This document shows positions 28,695 to 38,707 of a DNA stretch of 64,000 nucleotides, piece after piece (position 1 is the first letter of the stretch; every line of letters starts with the position of its first letter). The notes beneath the pieces were generated by a model, which searched no databases, had not been told where the DNA came from, and saw only the letters and a program-made list of their open reading frames with translations. This DNA comes from an uncultured virus (IMG/VR IMGVR_UViG_3300035670_013234) (Duplodnaviria > Heunggongvirae > Uroviricota > Caudoviricetes). The translations under genes and the position numbers were made by a program. The stretch lies in the IMG/VR virus record IMGVR_UViG_3300035670_013234; one strand, written 5' to 3'.

Positions 28695-29660
28695 CTATGG
28701 TTGAAATCCTAATTTATCTAATTTCAATCTTCCGCTGCTGGAACTTCTTCTTTCTACTCCTTGCTTCGATCTCAAAATTGCTTTTTTTGTTGATTCTTTT
28801 GGATCTGATATTCCATATTGCAGGATTCCTTTATTGCTAATATCAAACTTAAAAAATTGAACATTACCAGAAGTTACATCTACGAATAGTTCATGATACT
28901 TACCGTCTTTTTTAGATTCTTCAACTAAAGACTTTTCAAACAAGAAGTTTAACATAGTTCCTGCTGCCGCCCCATTTTTAACATAGTGGGCGTATGCGAT
29001 TGGATCTGCTTTTATTAATCTCATTAGAGGTTCTGGTATTTCTTTTGGTTGGATCATAACTTCATTTTTGTCCATCTTCTCAAGGATTCTTGTATAGTCT
29101 AGTTTTTTTATTGGATGTTTGTTTGGATATTCTTCAGAAATAGCTTTCATTGGACCTGATATGACGTTATTATCATCCAATATTTTGAATATGTTGTAAT
29201 ATTTTGTTTTTTTCCATTTCTTAGTCAAATCTGAATCGGAATCGACTAATCTTATAACATCTCCAGGCTTCAGAGTATTAGTTCCGCCTTTAAGCTGTTT
29301 ATTAGAAACTAATATTTCTTTATTATTATGCAATAATTTGAAATCGTATAAACGTTCAGTATCGGAATCAGAATAAAAGACTTTAGATGTCTTTGAAATT
29401 CCTGTGATTAGATTATTATTTTTAACCAATATCGGAGCAGCAACTTCTGCAAAATAATTTTTTATCTCATTAATATCTGGTTGCTTCAAGCCAACAATAT
29501 TAATCTTAGCGCCAGGCGGAGAATCTAGAATATCAAGACAAACCGATTTCACTAATTTATTAGTTAGACTGTTTATTTTTGATTTAAGTAACTTCTCATG
29601 ATCAGAAATAGATCTATATCTACCTGTTAATTGTAAATCTGATGGTTTTAGTTTAACCAT
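28695..29660 (-). CDS. hypothetical protein, possible PD-(D/E)xK-type nuclease
   Basis: Basic AT-rich gene; NYFAE...LYDF...ILVSNK pattern. Confidence 0.45.
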   Translation of the reverse strand: MVKLKPSDLQLTGRYRSISDHEKLLKSKINSLTNKLVKSVCLDILDSPPGAKINIVGLKQPDINEIKNYFAEVAAPILVKNNNLITGISKTSKVFYSDSDTERLYDFKLLHNNKEILVSNKQLKGGTNTLKPGDVIRLVDSDSDLTKKWKKTKYYNIFKILDDNNVISGPMKAISEEYPNKHPIKKLDYTRILEKMDKNEVMIQPKEIPEPLMRLIKADPIAYAHYVKNGAAAGTMLNFLFEKSLVEESKKDGKYHELFVDVTSGNVQFFKFDISNKGILQYGISDPKESTKKAILRSKQGVERRSSSSGRLKLDKLGFQP

Positions 29661-31036
29661 TACACTTTCAACCCTCTAAACTTACTGTATTTGCCCATAT
29701 CAATGGGTTCGTTCTTTTGGCCTGAATCTGCTATATCTTTCTGGGCTGACTGCTCGAGATCATATAACTTCATCTTTGCCCGATCGATACCGACAGTGAA
29801 CCTCTTATTTAGCGTTGGATCGTTATATCGGTTCTTGAGCTGCTTAACAAGTATCTGATTTAGATTATCAAGCTCTTCGGTTGATACCAATGCAAACATC
29901 ATATCAGCAGTTGCAGGAAGACCAAATGACTCGGCAGTATCTTCAAGGCCAGGATCAGAGGAAGTATATCCCGATCGAGTTACCTGAGTGGCTGACAGAA
30001 TCGGAACATCAAACTCAACCGCTAGCCCTCGCAGTTCTTCAGCTATAGCTTTGACATACACATAGGTATTGACGTTAGATCCAGGCTTGACCCGAGCAGA
30101 AGCACAGATATTAAGATAATCGATGATAATAACATCAGGCTTGAAATTCTTCTTTAGATTTAGTTCCTGCAGCAACGCCCTAAAGTGATTGGCATTAGCT
30201 GATGCAGTTGGATATTCTTTGATGATCAGTTTACCTTTGACTCGCTCCTTGAGTTTTTCCATCCGCTTCACATACATATCCTTCGGCATCTTCATCAGAT
30301 CGTCGATGGTTACGTTGAGAAGGTTGGCGTCAATACGCTCAGCAACTTTTTCTTCGGCGAGCTCAAGTGTGATATACAGAACGTTGTGGTTTCGATTCAA
30401 CACCGAAGCTGCATAATGACACATGAACAGAGACTTACCAACACCAACACCAGCAGCTGCAATGTTTAGCGATTTTCTTGGGAGTCCACCACGTGTAATT
30501 TTGTTAAAATAATCGAGATCAAAAGGAATCCTGCTCTCCACACGATGGTAAAAATCATAGCGATCGCTGTAATCATCAATATAATCGTGGCCAACACTAG
30601 GCTCGAAAGATACACTGAGTGCGTCACTAAGGAGTCCAGGGATAGATCCTTTAGGTCTCCCTCCCTCCTTCCCGTCCAGAATGCTGATTGAATCCATGAT
30701 TGCATTGTATATGGCCCGTTCTTGACAGAACGCTTCAGTCTGATCGATAGCCCACTGAAGATCTCGGCTAGCTTCAACGTTATTGATTTTATCGAGAATT
30801 TCATTACACGCCCTATACTCTGGTTCAGTCAGGTTTTGTACGTTTTGGAGCGTTAGACTTAGAGCTTCGACGCTTGGTGGGTTGTTGTACTTCTGAATGT
30901 AGTTCTGTATCTCCTTGAACAGTTTTCTTTCTGCGCTTTCTCGCAGGTACTCGCTCTTCAGAAATGGAAGCACTTTCCTCATGTACTTCTCGTTCTTCAA
31001 CAGATTCGTCAGGATCAATAGTTCCTCTTTGTTCAC
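29660..31036 (-). CDS. 41: replicative DNA helicase (gp41)
   Basis: AGVGVGKS, TLELAEE, IIDYLNIC, SATQ, ESFGLPATAD, QLKNRY. Confidence 0.95.
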   Translation of the reverse strand: MNKEELLILTNLLKNEKYMRKVLPFLKSEYLRESAERKLFKEIQNYIQKYNNPPSVEALSLTLQNVQNLTEPEYRACNEILDKINNVEASRDLQWAIDQTEAFCQERAIYNAIMDSISILDGKEGGRPKGSIPGLLSDALSVSFEPSVGHDYIDDYSDRYDFYHRVESRIPFDLDYFNKITRGGLPRKSLNIAAAGVGVGKSLFMCHYAASVLNRNHNVLYITLELAEEKVAERIDANLLNVTIDDLMKMPKDMYVKRMEKLKERVKGKLIIKEYPTASANANHFRALLQELNLKKNFKPDVIIIDYLNICASARVKPGSNVNTYVYVKAIAEELRGLAVEFDVPILSATQVTRSGYTSSDPGLEDTAESFGLPATADMMFALVSTEELDNLNQILVKQLKNRYNDPTLNKRFTVGIDRAKMKLYDLEQSAQKDIADSGQKNEPIDMGKYSKFRGLKV

Positions 31037-31370
31037 TTTTCTTCTCCGCTATTTTGATCGACTCAATCAGCAATAATCTTAGTATATCGTTGACCATTGA
31101 GACAAATGATTTTTCGTTAATGAAGTCTTTCTTGAGATGACTTGGTGCCGAAACAATCACTGTCTGAAAATCAAGGAGTCCGCCAGCCCCTTCTTCTTCT
31201 CTGACTTTAATATCATCATATGAGAAAACAACGCCAGCATATCTACCTTTTTTGATTTTGATGCCAAGCTGGTCAGAATCAACAACCTCGATCAGCTCAT
31301 CAAGATTGATTGTCTTTTTAGCTAACCAAAAATCAAAGGTTGCTTTCTTATTCTTCAGATACTTGAGCAT
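30825..31370 (-). CDS. gp40-position protein with long charged tail overlapping gene 41
   Basis: Between uvsX and 41 as T4 gene 40 is; IKIKKGRYAGVVFSY. Confidence 0.55.
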   Translation of the reverse strand: MLKYLKNKKATFDFWLAKKTINLDELIEVVDSDQLGIKIKKGRYAGVVFSYDDIKVREEEGAGGLLDFQTVIVSAPSHLKKDFINEKSFVSMVNDILRLLLIESIKIAEKKSEQRGTIDPDESVEEREVHEESASISEERVPARKRRKKTVQGDTELHSEVQQPTKRRSSKSNAPKRTKPD

Positions 31371-32385
31371 TAACTTGACCATATAGAAATTCCTTCTGGC
31401 AGTAGTCATCGATTTTTGTTAGCATATCATCAGAGAAATACTTAGTTGGGTTCTTGATGATTGCATTTTCAAACGCTTTAGTTCCATCAGGGAACTCATA
31501 CTTGTTTGCAACTTTCTTGACCAGACCAGCAGCTTCGGCAAAATCAAGAAGGCCATAGTGTTTATCAAGGCCGCGATCGAAGTATAGCAGCGTTTCTACT
31601 TTCTTGTTCTCAATCGTCATTCGAGACTTGTTTAGCTTGGCGGTAATAATGTTACCAACATGTGCATCACCTTGCTTTTCTTTTTTCTTGCTGAGGAAGA
31701 TAATCGTCGAAGCAGCATAGGTAAGACCGTCGCCACCACCCATCTTTTTGGTTGGGATATAGGAACCAACAACATCATACACATGGTTTGTGATGATCAT
31801 TGGAACTTTGGCTCGACCAAGTTTCAGCGTAAGAACTCGGAATGCGCCACGAACTAGTTGCGCCCGAGTCATATCGCGAGTATCTTTGCCGTCGGCAATA
31901 TCATTAACTTCTTTTTGGGTCGACAGCATACCAAGTGAATCAAGCACCATCATGATGGGCTTACGATCAGATTCTTTTTCTTCCAGATATTTGTCAAGGA
32001 TACGAACTGCCTGAGTACGAAACTCTTGAATAGTTGTTACTGGCAACAAGAAGATTCGAGCAGTATCAATACCACGATCTTCCATCATCTGTTTGGTAAT
32101 AGCAGACTCTGACTCAAAGTAGAACACACCACCTTCTGGATTATCATTGAGGAATTGTTTGGCGATGTTCAATGCATAAAAAGTTTTACCAGTCGAAGGT
32201 TCACCAGCAAGTGCAGTTACTTTGTTGTTAGGCATCCCACCATGGATTGATCCTGATAGCAATGCATTCAATGAATAGCTGCCAGTGTCGACATAGCCAC
32301 TCACATCTGCATCAGTACCTTCTTCAACAGCGCTGGCAAATTCGTTACCAGCTTCTTTCAACAAAGATTTAAATAGATTACTCAT
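31348..32385 (-). CDS. uvsX: RecA-like recombinase UvsX
   Basis: DTGSYSLN, GEPSTGKT, LDSLGML, DMTRAQ, MGGG. Confidence 0.95.
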   Translation of the reverse strand: MSNLFKSLLKEAGNEFASAVEEGTDADVSGYVDTGSYSLNALLSGSIHGGMPNNKVTALAGEPSTGKTFYALNIAKQFLNDNPEGGVFYFESESAITKQMMEDRGIDTARIFLLPVTTIQEFRTQAVRILDKYLEEKESDRKPIMMVLDSLGMLSTQKEVNDIADGKDTRDMTRAQLVRGAFRVLTLKLGRAKVPMIITNHVYDVVGSYIPTKKMGGGDGLTYAASTIIFLSKKKEKQGDAHVGNIITAKLNKSRMTIENKKVETLLYFDRGLDKHYGLLDFAEAAGLVKKVANKYEFPDGTKAFENAIIKNPTKYFSDDMLTKIDDYCQKEFLYGQVNAQVSEE

Positions 32386-33271
32386 TACGATCACCCTCTT
32401 TTACGATTTGATGCCAAAATTTCTTAACTCCAAACTCAGTCTCTTGTTTCATTTCTTTTCCAATATCAAATGCCTCTGGTTCAGGTTTCTTTCTATTATA
32501 CTTCCTTTTAGGAGCAATAACAACTATTTCTTTTGGTTTATCTGCTAACGATACGTTTCCTGCTATCAAAAGCATCACAGCAAGTGGATCAAATACAACA
32601 ATAAGCAAAATGATGACAAAGCGCACAGCTTTGTCAAAATGATCTTGTGCTCCGTCTTCATAGATTAACTCCGCAATATATTTTAGTGGGCCTACTTCGA
32701 CTTCTTGTTTTTTCACAGTAACATTAAGTTTGTTGACGTTTTCTCTGAGTGCCAATACCTCAGTTTCAACAGACTGACGTCTATCTTCAAGTTCATTTCG
32801 CTGCTTATCAATATTGCCTTTTTGCTCAAGACCTTTTGTTAAGCTGCCGAGTTCAACATAACGAGCATAGGTTTCATCTAGGGCAAGTATCTGTTTGTCA
32901 ATTGAAGCAATCAATCTTTGTTTGGCTTCGATCTTCTGAGTCAACGTTTGTATTTGATAATCAACATCAGCACCAGAAGTTAGTGAGTGTTCAAGATGCG
33001 CTCTAGATAGAAACCCAAACACGCCCATCGATGTAATGAACATCAATAGCAAGATGGCAATCATCAGATATGACTTGAGGAATCTGGGTGCAATATCCCA
33101 GTTTCTGTATAGCCAAGATACAGCTACAAGTTTGGCAAACTCAAGTGTTGATCCCATGGCAGCAACAGCAAACGTTGCTCCTGGGAATATCGCTATAAGT
33201 CCAATGATTGAATAGTAAGCAGCAGCGATTGATAATAGAAATCCTGATAGGAATGCTAGGGCTGTTATCAT
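32378..33271 (-). CDS. membrane protein with coiled coil
   Basis: Three N-terminal TMs, coiled coil, EVGPLKYIAE, TM ending VFDPLAV. Confidence 0.7.
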   Translation of the reverse strand: MITALAFLSGFLLSIAAAYYSIIGLIAIFPGATFAVAAMGSTLEFAKLVAVSWLYRNWDIAPRFLKSYLMIAILLLMFITSMGVFGFLSRAHLEHSLTSGADVDYQIQTLTQKIEAKQRLIASIDKQILALDETYARYVELGSLTKGLEQKGNIDKQRNELEDRRQSVETEVLALRENVNKLNVTVKKQEVEVGPLKYIAELIYEDGAQDHFDKAVRFVIILLIVVFDPLAVMLLIAGNVSLADKPKEIVVIAPKRKYNRKKPEPEAFDIGKEMKQETEFGVKKFWHQIVKEGDRNE

Positions 33272-35799
33272 CCAAAGAAGTCTTCGAGGGTTGATATCTT
33301 TTCTGTTTTCCAGTTAATGCAGTCTAGAACAATTTTGAGAGGTTCAATGAATGACTTCTCGAATTGCGTATCATAGTCAATGTATTTATCAATACCAAAT
33401 TCTGGCGGCACAATGCTTATGAATGCAATGGTATTATTCATGAATGGATTTGGTTGCTTGAGATAACAGAACTTGATCTTTTCGCCCTCTTTGATTGCTT
33501 CATATCTTTTAGTCAGTCCATGTTTCTTCAGTTGATCATTATAGATGATTGAGCCCTTAACATGAATTGGTGTTGCTGATTTAAACATGTTAACTTTATC
33601 GCGATATTTCGTAAGGCCGTTCACGCTGCGAGGAAAGGAGATCTGATCAATCTTGAGTGTTCGGAATTCCTCGCGGAACTTCGCAATATACTCAATCATG
33701 TCATCTTCAGTTTTCTCCATGATAACCTTTAGTGCTTCTTTAATCTTTACTCGGCAGGCTGATGGTGTCGAAGACTTAACAGCTTCGAGGCCCATGATCT
33801 TCAACTTTGGCTCTTTGTATTCAACACCCTCGTTGTTCCAGACATTGAGGATGTATCGCTTCTTGGCAGTCCAGATTGCTTTGTCTGCAATAGCTTCTCG
33901 CTTCATAATCATCTTCTGATCATAAGCATTAACATATTCGGCAAGTTGCCCATAGAAATCATCAATTGTTTTTTGCACTTTATCTTCACAGGCTTTGTCT
34001 AGCCAACGAACAATATCGATAGTAGGTTTCTTTTGCATTCCAACTTTCTTAACAAGTGGACCAAGATGTAGATAGATTGAATCTGTATCTGATGCAATCA
34101 CATAATCCTCACCCTTAGTCTTGAGCAAATCATTGAGCCACTCATTCATTTTATTTTCAATCCAGCGAATCGAAAGCTGGCCAGAAAGAGTGATTGCTTC
34201 GGCGATTCGAATATCAAAGAAGCGAAAGTATTTGTTACCTAGCGCACCATAAGCTGAGTTCAGTGATACTTTCTTGGCCAGCTGTAGATTATTATATCTT
34301 GATATTTCTTTCTCAAGATATTCTTCTTGGTTAGGATCACCTTTGGCTTTCTCAAGTTTCTTTTTGGCATCGTTGGCCATCTTCTTGTACTTTGATCGAT
34401 CAACATACATGTCTGACATAATTTCGCAGAGCAGGCCACGTTTGTCTGTTCGAAAGAACTGGCCGTTGGGAGTCATCGTGGCATTTTGTTGCTTGAGGAA
34501 ATCTAAATTCGTCTTTTGATTGAGTAGATTCTCAACCCCAGGCTTACCAACCTTATACATTTCTTGGCTGTAATTATCTGGCTCAATCAATGTTTCCATT
34601 GAAATGTTATACTGCATAATTAGGTGAGGATACAGCGAGTTCAAGTCAAATGAAACAACCCAATCGTGCATACCAACTTGTGGATCTTTAACATATGCGC
34701 CTTCATATGCTGCAAACTTCTCGCCATTCTTCATCTGTGGAATAACGATCTTATTTTTCTTTAGGTGGTTGTAGATGATAGTATCCCACATTCGAACCTG
34801 AGTGAACACATCGTCAATATTAACTTTGTTATCGTATGCCAGAGTCAATGCAAGTTCAATCAATCGACCCTTGTCATTCAGACGTTCAACAAGCTCAACG
34901 TCTTTGATGTTATACTCAAGAAACTTTTGGAAGTCTTTGAGATACAACTGATGAAGAGTTTCATGCTCAGAGTAATCTAGTTTCTTCTCGCCTATTTCAT
35001 AGTTGGCTACATGATCAAGTCGATATGACTCTTGTGGTGTGTATGAATACTTCTTGTAAAGATCAAGATAATCAAGAGTGGCAATGCCAATGATGTCGTA
35101 TGTGAACTGCTCACGATTCATGATGACTGCTTTGCGCTCATGAATGCGTTTCCAAGGTGACAGCTTTCGCGCTTCGTCTTCACCAAACACTGACTTGATT
35201 CGATTAACAAGATATGGAATATCAAAGAAGCCTACGTTCCAACCACTAATTACATCAGGCCAGATTATTGTCCATTCTTCAATGAACTTACGCAGCAATG
35301 TTATCTCATCATCGCATTTGATATACTTCACATCTTCGCGGTCAGTTTTAAAACTGCCAATACCCATTGAGATAATTTTATCTTTGACCTTCATCGTGAC
35401 TGCGATGACGGGTTGATCAGCAGTTCTTGGGTCTGGGAATCCATTTTCTGATGTAACCTCGATGTCAAGATAGACAATCCGAATATTGTCAATATCCCAC
35501 ATCACATCATCAGGGAACTCGTCTGAGATAAATGCATACTCATAACGATTATTGCCATAGATTGGGAAAGTTTCAACATCCTTGTATTTCTCAAGAAACT
35601 CGCGGCAATCTGGTATAGTGCCAGGCTGAATAGGCTCCACAGATTGCCCATGGAGCGTTTTGTATTCAGACTTGTTTTTAGAAGGGACGTAGAAAGTTGG
35701 AAAATACTCTATCTTACGAGCGATACGCTTGCCGTTTTCGACGCCTCGATAGAGTATGTTTTTTCCTTGGAGCGCAACATTAGTATAGAATGAACTCAT
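33268..35799 (-). CDS. 43: family B DNA polymerase (gp43)
   Basis: DIEV exonuclease, SFDLNSLYPH, K...NSAYG, DTDS, KKRY. Confidence 0.97.
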   Translation of the reverse strand: MSSFYTNVALQGKNILYRGVENGKRIARKIEYFPTFYVPSKNKSEYKTLHGQSVEPIQPGTIPDCREFLEKYKDVETFPIYGNNRYEYAFISDEFPDDVMWDIDNIRIVYLDIEVTSENGFPDPRTADQPVIAVTMKVKDKIISMGIGSFKTDREDVKYIKCDDEITLLRKFIEEWTIIWPDVISGWNVGFFDIPYLVNRIKSVFGEDEARKLSPWKRIHERKAVIMNREQFTYDIIGIATLDYLDLYKKYSYTPQESYRLDHVANYEIGEKKLDYSEHETLHQLYLKDFQKFLEYNIKDVELVERLNDKGRLIELALTLAYDNKVNIDDVFTQVRMWDTIIYNHLKKNKIVIPQMKNGEKFAAYEGAYVKDPQVGMHDWVVSFDLNSLYPHLIMQYNISMETLIEPDNYSQEMYKVGKPGVENLLNQKTNLDFLKQQNATMTPNGQFFRTDKRGLLCEIMSDMYVDRSKYKKMANDAKKKLEKAKGDPNQEEYLEKEISRYNNLQLAKKVSLNSAYGALGNKYFRFFDIRIAEAITLSGQLSIRWIENKMNEWLNDLLKTKGEDYVIASDTDSIYLHLGPLVKKVGMQKKPTIDIVRWLDKACEDKVQKTIDDFYGQLAEYVNAYDQKMIMKREAIADKAIWTAKKRYILNVWNNEGVEYKEPKLKIMGLEAVKSSTPSACRVKIKEALKVIMEKTEDDMIEYIAKFREEFRTLKIDQISFPRSVNGLTKYRDKVNMFKSATPIHVKGSIIYNDQLKKHGLTKRYEAIKEGEKIKFCYLKQPNPFMNNTIAFISIVPPEFGIDKYIDYDTQFEKSFIEPLKIVLDCINWKTEKISTLEDFFG

Positions 35800-36089
35800 G
35801 TAATCAACAGTTTCTTGCTAGGAGTGATAATGCCGCCGAAGATTTTATTATACTGGTTCTTCAGCTCATTGTCAACTTCTTTTGCAACAATTACATGTTC
35901 AGTTTTGAATTCAAACTCGCGGCTCTCGCAATAGGGAAGATAGGGAAGAAATCCCATACCAACCTCATTGTTAGGCGTCCTCTGCATCATAATCACGATT
36001 GGGTTTTTAACACGAATGCTTGTTGGCAATTCTTGCAAGACTTCAGCCAAGAGTTCTTCGCCAGAAACCATCTTTAATACTTTAATCAT
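35796..36089 (-). CDS. small Sm-like conserved phage protein
   Basis: LKMVSGEELLA...KNP...YNKIFGGIITP. Confidence 0.7.
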   Translation of the reverse strand: MIKVLKMVSGEELLAEVLQELPTSIRVKNPIVIMMQRTPNNEVGMGFLPYLPYCESREFEFKTEHVIVAKEVDNELKNQYNKIFGGIITPSKKLLIT

Positions 36090-36274
36090 TTTCCTTTCCT
36101 TTTAATGTATTCATTAATTTGCTTTTTACTCATCGGTTCTTTGTTCTTATAGTATTGACCAAGAACAAGTGTCCAAACATCTCCATTTTTGCATATTAAT
36201 GCCCAGGAGATGAATTCTTTTATTTTTATTTTGTTTGATTCAAAGGCTTCTTTCAATTCACTGAGAGAATTCAT
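36086..36274 (-). CDS. hypothetical protein
   Basis: 62 aa, ATGA overlap. Confidence 0.55.
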   Translation of the reverse strand: MNSLSELKEAFESNKIKIKEFISWALICKNGDVWTLVLGQYYKNKEPMSKKQINEYIKRKGK

Positions 36275-36290
36275 GATGCACCATAAAAAT

Positions 36291-36365
36291 TGGTTGCGGG
36301 GGGAGGATTTGAACCTCCGACCTACGGATTATGAGTCCGTCGCGCTACCACTGCGCCACCCCGCG
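36291..36365 (-). tRNA. tRNA-fMet (CAT, initiator-type)
   Basis: CGCGGGG...CT CAT AA...GGTTCAAATCC...CCCCGCAACCA; C1:A72 mismatch; encoded CCA. Confidence 0.9.
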
Positions 36366-36370
36366 ATAAC

Positions 36371-37087
36371 TTAACTGACCAGAATGCTTTCGCATTTAGC
36401 CCAAAAATGTTCTTGCTGCCCTGGATGAAATATTTGATAGGAATGCCAAAACAATTCCTTACCATATTTATCACCAAATGTAGTACCCAATCCATAGACT
36501 GGCATACCATCAGCTAGCTCCCAAAATGGATCTTTATTTTTCTCCCAATCGTACTTATGTGGCGCACGATCAAATCGAAGTGGCATATAAAGTTCTACTG
36601 GAATGCCAATCTTTTCAGCTTCCCAAGTCCATTCTTCAGCAACATCAGAACGGGCAGTTTCCATTGCTGGCGGCGCACCTATTTTTTTGAATGTTTCTCG
36701 AGAAATAGCGCAAGCTGATGGCGCAGCAAAAACATGTTGACCATTTTCTAGATGATTAGTTCTTTGAATGTTACCAACAATCTTACCGTTCATCGCTTGA
36801 TCAAGATAAAAGTCTATTGCATCTTCGCATAGCGGAATACAATCAATATCTAGGAAAAGAACAACGTCATGATCTATCTGTTGTTCTACTTTAGACTCTT
36901 CAAATAGTTTAGTCTTAACGCCATTCATAGCCCAGAAATAATCAATACCGACTGCATGCGGAACATCAATTTTAAACATATAGTATTGATGTTTGCTTTT
37001 ATTAAACTTTTCAACAACAGATCTCTGCAATCCTAAAGTCTTTGGGTTGATGTTTTCCATAAAAAACGATACAATGCATGCGTTCAT
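36371..37087 (-). CDS. GT-A-like nucleotide-sugar transferase
   Basis: VLFLDIDCIP (DxD). Confidence 0.6.
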   Translation of the reverse strand: MNACIVSFFMENINPKTLGLQRSVVEKFNKSKHQYYMFKIDVPHAVGIDYFWAMNGVKTKLFEESKVEQQIDHDVVLFLDIDCIPLCEDAIDFYLDQAMNGKIVGNIQRTNHLENGQHVFAAPSACAISRETFKKIGAPPAMETARSDVAEEWTWEAEKIGIPVELYMPLRFDRAPHKYDWEKNKDPFWELADGMPVYGLGTTFGDKYGKELFWHSYQIFHPGQQEHFWAKCESILVS

Positions 37088-37088
37088 A

Positions 37089-37841
37089 TTATTTTCCCCT
37101 TTTCCAAGGCAGTGAGCCATTATATCGCCGAAGCATTTCTGCATTTCCTTGCTGAAAGAAATTAGCAGTAACAGAAAGTTCACTGTTACCAACTGTATAA
37201 TTTACTGAGTAATTATATGTTGAGTCATGATTTGATGCCATTTGTTTCAGATTCGGACACAAGACTCGGTCTACTTCAGGCACACCAGGTTCTCTAGCTT
37301 TTCGATACCAAATCGGAGAAACATATACTGCTAGAATTTTAGGTAGGAAGTAGCAATTAACATCAATAAAATAATCTGTTTGATCTAATACTGAAGGCCA
37401 GTTGCCAAGGCTTTCGCAATCATCATTACAAATAAACTTACCTTCTTTATCGACAATCTTTCGGTAACTGAAAGTCCAATCTTTTCCAGACTCAATAACT
37501 TTCATGCAAGATTCGACATGATCTGGCTCAAGAAAGTTGTCTTCATCAAGAAACATGACATATTCTCCTTCGCAGAGATATGTCATGGCAGCGTACATTC
37601 GATGGCCATTCCACCTGTCTTTGCCGACAGAGTATGGAAGTGCCACAACTGTTTCTTTGAGTGGATTTGATACTGGAAATTTAACTGAACTGAACGCACT
37701 CAATACAGCTGGTTGACGTTCAGCACCATCAATAACAATAAGATGTTGTATGTTCTTATAAGTTTGATTTCTGACCGACTGGATATTTTTTAGAAGTATT
37801 GGATTGCCAGTTGTTGGCGTAATAATCGAAACTAATTTCAT
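37089..37841 (-). CDS. GT2 glycosyltransferase
   Basis: VSIITPT, QTYKNIQHLIVIDG, FLDEDN. Confidence 0.85.
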   Translation of the reverse strand: MKLVSIITPTTGNPILLKNIQSVRNQTYKNIQHLIVIDGAERQPAVLSAFSSVKFPVSNPLKETVVALPYSVGKDRWNGHRMYAAMTYLCEGEYVMFLDEDNFLEPDHVESCMKVIESGKDWTFSYRKIVDKEGKFICNDDCESLGNWPSVLDQTDYFIDVNCYFLPKILAVYVSPIWYRKAREPGVPEVDRVLCPNLKQMASNHDSTYNYSVNYTVGNSELSVTANFFQQGNAEMLRRYNGSLPWKRGK

Positions 37842-38047
37842 ACATCCTCTTTCAACAGCTTCTCATAAGTCTTGAACAATTCATTAAAACGCATATTGTA
37901 TATAGTCTCAAGTCCAATGAGAACATTGGTAATATCATCTTCGGTCATGGTAGGCCCATCCATAATATTGCGGCCCAGCAGCTTGATGTCGTCGACAACG
38001 TTCCATGCTGCCATAATCTTTTCTTCAAGTTCATAGAAGCTCATCAT
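37838..38047 (-). CDS. hypothetical protein
   Basis: 69 aa, coupled overlaps. Confidence 0.65.
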   Translation of the reverse strand: MMSFYELEEKIMAAWNVVDDIKLLGRNIMDGPTMTEDDITNVLIGLETIYNMRFNELFKTYEKLLKEDV

Positions 38048-38391
38048 ATTTTCCTCCCAACATATTTTGCATCTTCGGCTGAAGAAATGTATTGATAGGC
38101 ACCTTTGTTGTAGGCTACAGCTACACGCTTAGACTTAGCAATGATCTCGTTACGAGTTTCTTCTTTCTCGCCAGCAAGGAACATCGGATCAGTCATGCTC
38201 TTGCGATGAGCGCCGCCACCAACTCGATCGACGCTGATCGAAGCATACTGTACTTTACCAGTATTGTATGATGGAATCTTAGCAGTTGAAAGTGCTTCGA
38301 GTTCACGACGGCTAAGTTTAACAGCAACAGGTCCAGCTTTCGGCTTGCGCTTCTTGCGTGGTTTGAAACTATTGTTCACGTATATCAGCAT
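38044..38391 (-). CDS. hypothetical T4-like phage protein
   Basis: C-terminal AYNKGAYQ motif. Confidence 0.65.
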   Translation of the reverse strand: MLIYVNNSFKPRKKRKPKAGPVAVKLSRRELEALSTAKIPSYNTGKVQYASISVDRVGGGAHRKSMTDPMFLAGEKEETRNEIIAKSKRVAVAYNKGAYQYISSAEDAKYVGRKI

Positions 38392-38545
38392 ACCATTTCC
38401 CAAGTTTTTCAAGTGGCTCTTCTAGAGCTTTGTCGATATATGCACAAAGATTATAGAAGTGCTTAATAATAAAAAAGAACACATCCCAAATAAAGGCAAT
38501 TGATACTAACAGTGCTAATGCTAACCAGGCTCCATACTTCCTCAT
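38369..38545 (-). CDS. small membrane protein (58 aa, not in track)
   Basis: Hand translation MRKYGAWLALALLVSIAFIWDVFFF... Confidence 0.45.
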   Translation of the reverse strand: MRKYGAWLALALLVSIAFIWDVFFFIIKHFYNLCAYIDKALEEPLEKLGKWYADIREQ

Positions 38546-38575
38546 CTATAGATACTCAAATAGTATGTAAACGGT

Positions 38576-38604
38576 ATTATAACGCATATTACGATCAAAA
38601 TCAA
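38576..38604 (-). promoter_or_regulatory. sigma70-type promoter
   Basis: TTGATT-17 nt-TATAAT. Confidence 0.55.
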
Positions 38605-38707
38605 TGATTTGATGCTATGTTTTTTCGGTACTTTTTCATAAAACGTACCATTATTACGATCTAGCGTTCGTTTGGTCTTCATATTTCGGTAGATTGGATC
38701 ACCCCAG

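Noticed and set aside
13647..35799. Introns or inteins in nrdJ, primase, helicase, uvsX or polymerase
   Set aside because: All are uninterrupted and of normal length, with no intein motifs noticed.
36322..36510. 62 aa ORF over the tRNA-fMet
   Set aside because: Overlaps a clear tRNA and the end of a longer gene.
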